From the NCBI GenBank assembly GCA_963663165.1, contig OY760175.1, forward strand, positions 1,760,001 through 1,824,000: a stretch of DNA of 64,000 nt, read 5' to 3'. The stretch's first letter is position 1, and every line of letters begins with the position of its first letter. This DNA comes from an uncultured Desulfospira sp. (GTDB lineage Bacteria > Desulfobacterota > Desulfobacteria > Desulfobacterales > Desulfobacteraceae). The position numbers and the translations under genes are program-made. Below, one piece after another: positions 61,901-64,000 of the stretch. The notes under the pieces were generated by a model. It ran no database searches. It saw only the letters and a program-made list of their open reading frames with translations, and had not been told where the DNA came from.

Positions 61901-62803
61901 GACGACTTTTTTGAATCCGGCATGGACTCCCTTTCAGCGGTAAGATTTATCAGTCTTCTGGAAAAGGCCTTTAACCAGCGGCTTTTATTTTCAGACCTCA
62001 TGGCCAACAGCACCATTCACACCCTTGCCAGACGGTTTACCCCCCATGGGCACTCCCCTGGCCTGGTCGACCGCCGGATGCTGGTCCCCATTTCAAACAG
62101 CGGCTCCAAACCCCCTTTCTTCTGCATTACAGCAGGGTACGGGGATGTGGTCAAAATGCAGCAGCTGTCCCGCCATCTGGGCAAGGAACAGCCGTTTTTC
62201 ATGCTGCAGCCCGATAACATCAGCACCCGTGCCAAAGCAAAGGAACTGGCACAGGGGTATATGGACCAGATTTTAAGCCGGGTTCCCAATGGCCCTTACC
62301 GGCTCGGCGGCTACAGTGCCGGCGGCCTGATGGCCTACGAAACCGCCCGGCTGCTCATCGAACAGGGCAGCACCGTTGAACTTTTAGCCATGATTGGTGC
62401 GCCGCGCAGCTACAGCCGGATAACCCGCCTGGTAAACCAAAAAATCCGGTATCTGGTGTTGACCCTGCTGCCCGGGTCTGAACAAAAAATTTCTTCAAAT
62501 ATGCTGGAAATTTTACGGGCCGTTTTTCTGGACGCAGGGCTCCAGTATCACCTGGAAACTTTGACCGACTACCGCCCCAAAGCGTACAAGGGAAAAATCG
62601 ACTATTTCCAGGGCAAATGGGCCATGTCCAGGTTCCTGGGCACCCACCGGACCTGGATGAAAAATGCCAAAGGCCCCTTTGAGCTGCACATGCTTCCGGG
62701 CAACCATGACAGTTTTATGAAAGAGCCCCATGTGGCTTCACTTGCCTTGCGGCTCAAGCAATGCATCAATGAAGTTGACCAAAAGAAAGGCATGATTCAA
62801 TGA
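58898..62803 (+). CDS. Single-module NRPS (C-A-T-TE)
   Basis: HHLTMDG (C); YTSGTTGQPKG, NAYGPTE, YRTGD (A); GMDSL (T); GYSAGG (TE). Confidence 0.93.
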   Translation: MPAQICANTHPLTLVQEDIWLSQMIHNSVPLFNIGGNVKINGFIDTDAFIETHRLVTEQNDAFRMVFHQGCALPRFSFSDTAKKIELKDFSGHGNPDKAAMQWWKEEFCRPFQIHDAQMSRYYLLKTSQKSFYYAVCAHHLTMDGYCFAILNQRLLENYNFLVTGTGQTGNKPSYADFIANDQEYRKSDEFARAKAFWAQKFETIPRPMIPRRYTAGFKQTATPSAFSHIWLTPDFYYQLIRYSKEREGNVFFLMAAILYTYFLRTTDIKTFVFSLPLLNRPTLEFMDTMGPFVNVVPVCLDFGLNMNIRTFFNRLKDELKDSFPHQRFPLGEINRAAKLKKSGRTQLFDVSLSYEKFNYDVMDYNGTKFEINTMHNGWDQTPLTLAIKEYQKKTGVKLEFYYNLAAYKPGEIDFLMERIRYMLEQVINTPDIPLSQLKILPERESQKLLVEFNQKARTAAPPFKNICEIFRTVAKARFDHTAVQFGSRTSRQKMTYQMLNDRSDRLSSYLKSRFDGPAPLVAFYGYRSIEMVLGILSVLKAGGAYVPLDPDYPQERINFMLEDSGVRIILTQKILKSRLAVKADQTIIPIDDFPYDNIDIAPHDTGITADSLAYVIYTSGTTGQPKGVMCTHGGLANLAASQNNIFSITPESRVLQFASLCFDASVSEIFTTLTAGATLVLASKDDLMPGPTLLDTLQRERISHVTLPPSSLAVMDSLPLPDLSTLVTAGEPCPSKLFEKWGGHRRFINAYGPTEATVCASAHLCKAQDIDQLPMGTPIDNVSLYVLNDALEPMPIGVPGQLYIGGAGVAKGYLNQPDLTREKFIANPFEHENGHDRLYRTGDMVRFLADASLMFMGRFDHQVKVRGYRIEPEEVEKVIASHPKISEAAVITKKTSSSDNTLVLFFSGGDNGGAHALAAEIRQFAKQKLPDYMIPSRFIPMDAMPHTPSGKLDRRILEQTQPPEPSCQSHGTSPETETQKQLSDLFAKAMNVETISIGRHDDFFESGMDSLSAVRFISLLEKAFNQRLLFSDLMANSTIHTLARRFTPHGHSPGLVDRRMLVPISNSGSKPPFFCITAGYGDVVKMQQLSRHLGKEQPFFMLQPDNISTRAKAKELAQGYMDQILSRVPNGPYRLGGYSAGGLMAYETARLLIEQGSTVELLAMIGAPRSYSRITRLVNQKIRYLVLTLLPGSEQKISSNMLEILRAVFLDAGLQYHLETLTDYRPKAYKGKIDYFQGKWAMSRFLGTHRTWMKNAKGPFELHMLPGNHDSFMKEPHVASLALRLKQCINEVDQKKGMIQ

Positions 62804-64000
62804 ATATTACAATTGCTGCATTAGGATCCAGTGGTGACGTATATCCGTCCCTTGCCCTTGGGTTAGGGTTAAAAAAAGCCGGCTGCCGGGTCAGTCTGGC
62901 GGCCAACCCTGTTTTTGAATCCGATGTCCGGAACCGGGGCGTGGATTTTTTCCCCATCCGGACCATGCTGCGACAGTCCCTGGCCGACAGCCCGACCAGC
63001 CTTTATCCGGCCAAATCCCTTGCCCCCTTTCATTTTCTCCGATTGAAAAAAAGCCATATTGCGCCCATCTTGGAAACCATTGTCGCAGACATCGAAAACG
63101 CCTGTGAGCATGCCAATTTAATTTTGTACAACATGCTGGGCCTGCCGGCCTACCATTTTGCAAAGCAGATGGGGGTTAAGGCCTATCCCTTATGCCTTCA
63201 GCCGCTGGGGCGGACCAATGGGTTTCCAAGCCCGGTGATTTCCTCTAATATTTATGTCCCCAAAATGCTCAATGCCGCAAGCTACCGGATTGTTGAAAAA
63301 TGCATGGGCCTGTTTTTGAGCAACTGCGATCAGTTAAAAGGCAAGGCCTCTTTTCAGGATTTTTTTCATCAGGTGTATGCGGATCATATCCCGGTGCTCC
63401 ACGGATTCAGTTCCTGGGTGCTGCCAAAGCCTTCAGACTGGTCAGACAGCATGCACATCACGGGCTACTGGTTTTTAGATCCCCCTGACGACTGGGTTCC
63501 GCCAGAAGCGCTTCTAAAATTTCTTAAGCAGGGGCCGCCGCCGGTCTGTGTGGGGTTTGGTTCCATGAATGACCCGGATACCCGGACCATCATCAAAATA
63601 GCGGTAAAAGGGGTCCTTAAGGCCGGCCACCGGGTGATCCTCTTGACCGGCTGGAGCGGACAGGCCTTTGAAGATCTTTCCTGCCCCGACCTTTATGTGG
63701 CCAAGAGCATTCCCCATGCCTGGCTTTTTCCCAAAGTATCGGCCGTGGTCCATCATGGGGGCGCCGGCACCACGGGGGCTGCCGTAAAGGCAGGCATCCC
63801 GTCGGTGATCATTCCCTTCTTTTTTGACCAGGGCTTCTGGGCCGACCGGATGGAAAAACTGGGGGCCGGCCCGCCGCTTCTGCCCAAAAAAGCCCTGACC
63901 CCGGATGCCATGGCCGCCTGGATCAACAAGGTTTTGAACGATAAAGGCATCCGTGAAACCCTTAACCGGCTCAGCTTTCAGGTCAACACGGAAAACGGCA
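62800..64000 (+). CDS. GT1-family glycosyltransferase, 3'-partial
   Basis: ATG 62800 overlaps the NRPS stop; MNITIAALGSSGDVYP...; in-frame HHGGAGTT...PFFFDQ. Not in the ORF track because it runs off the window. Confidence 0.88.
   Translation, partial: MNITIAALGSSGDVYPSLALGLGLKKAGCRVSLAANPVFESDVRNRGVDFFPIRTMLRQSLADSPTSLYPAKSLAPFHFLRLKKSHIAPILETIVADIENACEHANLILYNMLGLPAYHFAKQMGVKAYPLCLQPLGRTNGFPSPVISSNIYVPKMLNAASYRIVEKCMGLFLSNCDQLKGKASFQDFFHQVYADHIPVLHGFSSWVLPKPSDWSDSMHITGYWFLDPPDDWVPPEALLKFLKQGPPPVCVGFGSMNDPDTRTIIKIAVKGVLKAGHRVILLTGWSGQAFEDLSCPDLYVAKSIPHAWLFPKVSAVVHHGGAGTTGAAVKAGIPSVIIPFFFDQGFWADRMEKLGAGPPLLPKKALTPDAMAAWINKVLNDKGIRETLNRLSFQVNTENG

Overview
This looks like a deltaproteobacterial (Desulfobacteraceae-like, inferred from gene content) chromosomal region. 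Housekeeping genes lie on the left (1-5660). On the right (about 54600-64000) are mutY, a patatin and a small NRPS/glycosyltransferase cluster. Between them is a ~48 kb polymorphic-toxin island. It holds a large secreted partner gene, four full-length signal-peptide-bearing Rhs/YD-repeat genes with mosaic cores, and eight different C-terminal toxin (CT)/immunity pairs: four on full Rhs genes, two orphans and two remnants. It also holds two truncated Rhs 5' ends and two TA + Xre modules. Two features stand out. First, a ~9 kb unit carrying a primase-helicase and two tandem tyrosine recombinases ends exactly at the conserved Rhs core terminus of an orphan deaminase toxin, suggesting a mobile toxin-tip-swapping element. 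Second, nearly every module junction in the island carries a co-oriented GGGGTC/GGGGAC-type motif, usually preceded by a site-specific 'stutter' of short repeats. All family assignments are from motif recognition by eye; no searches were run.
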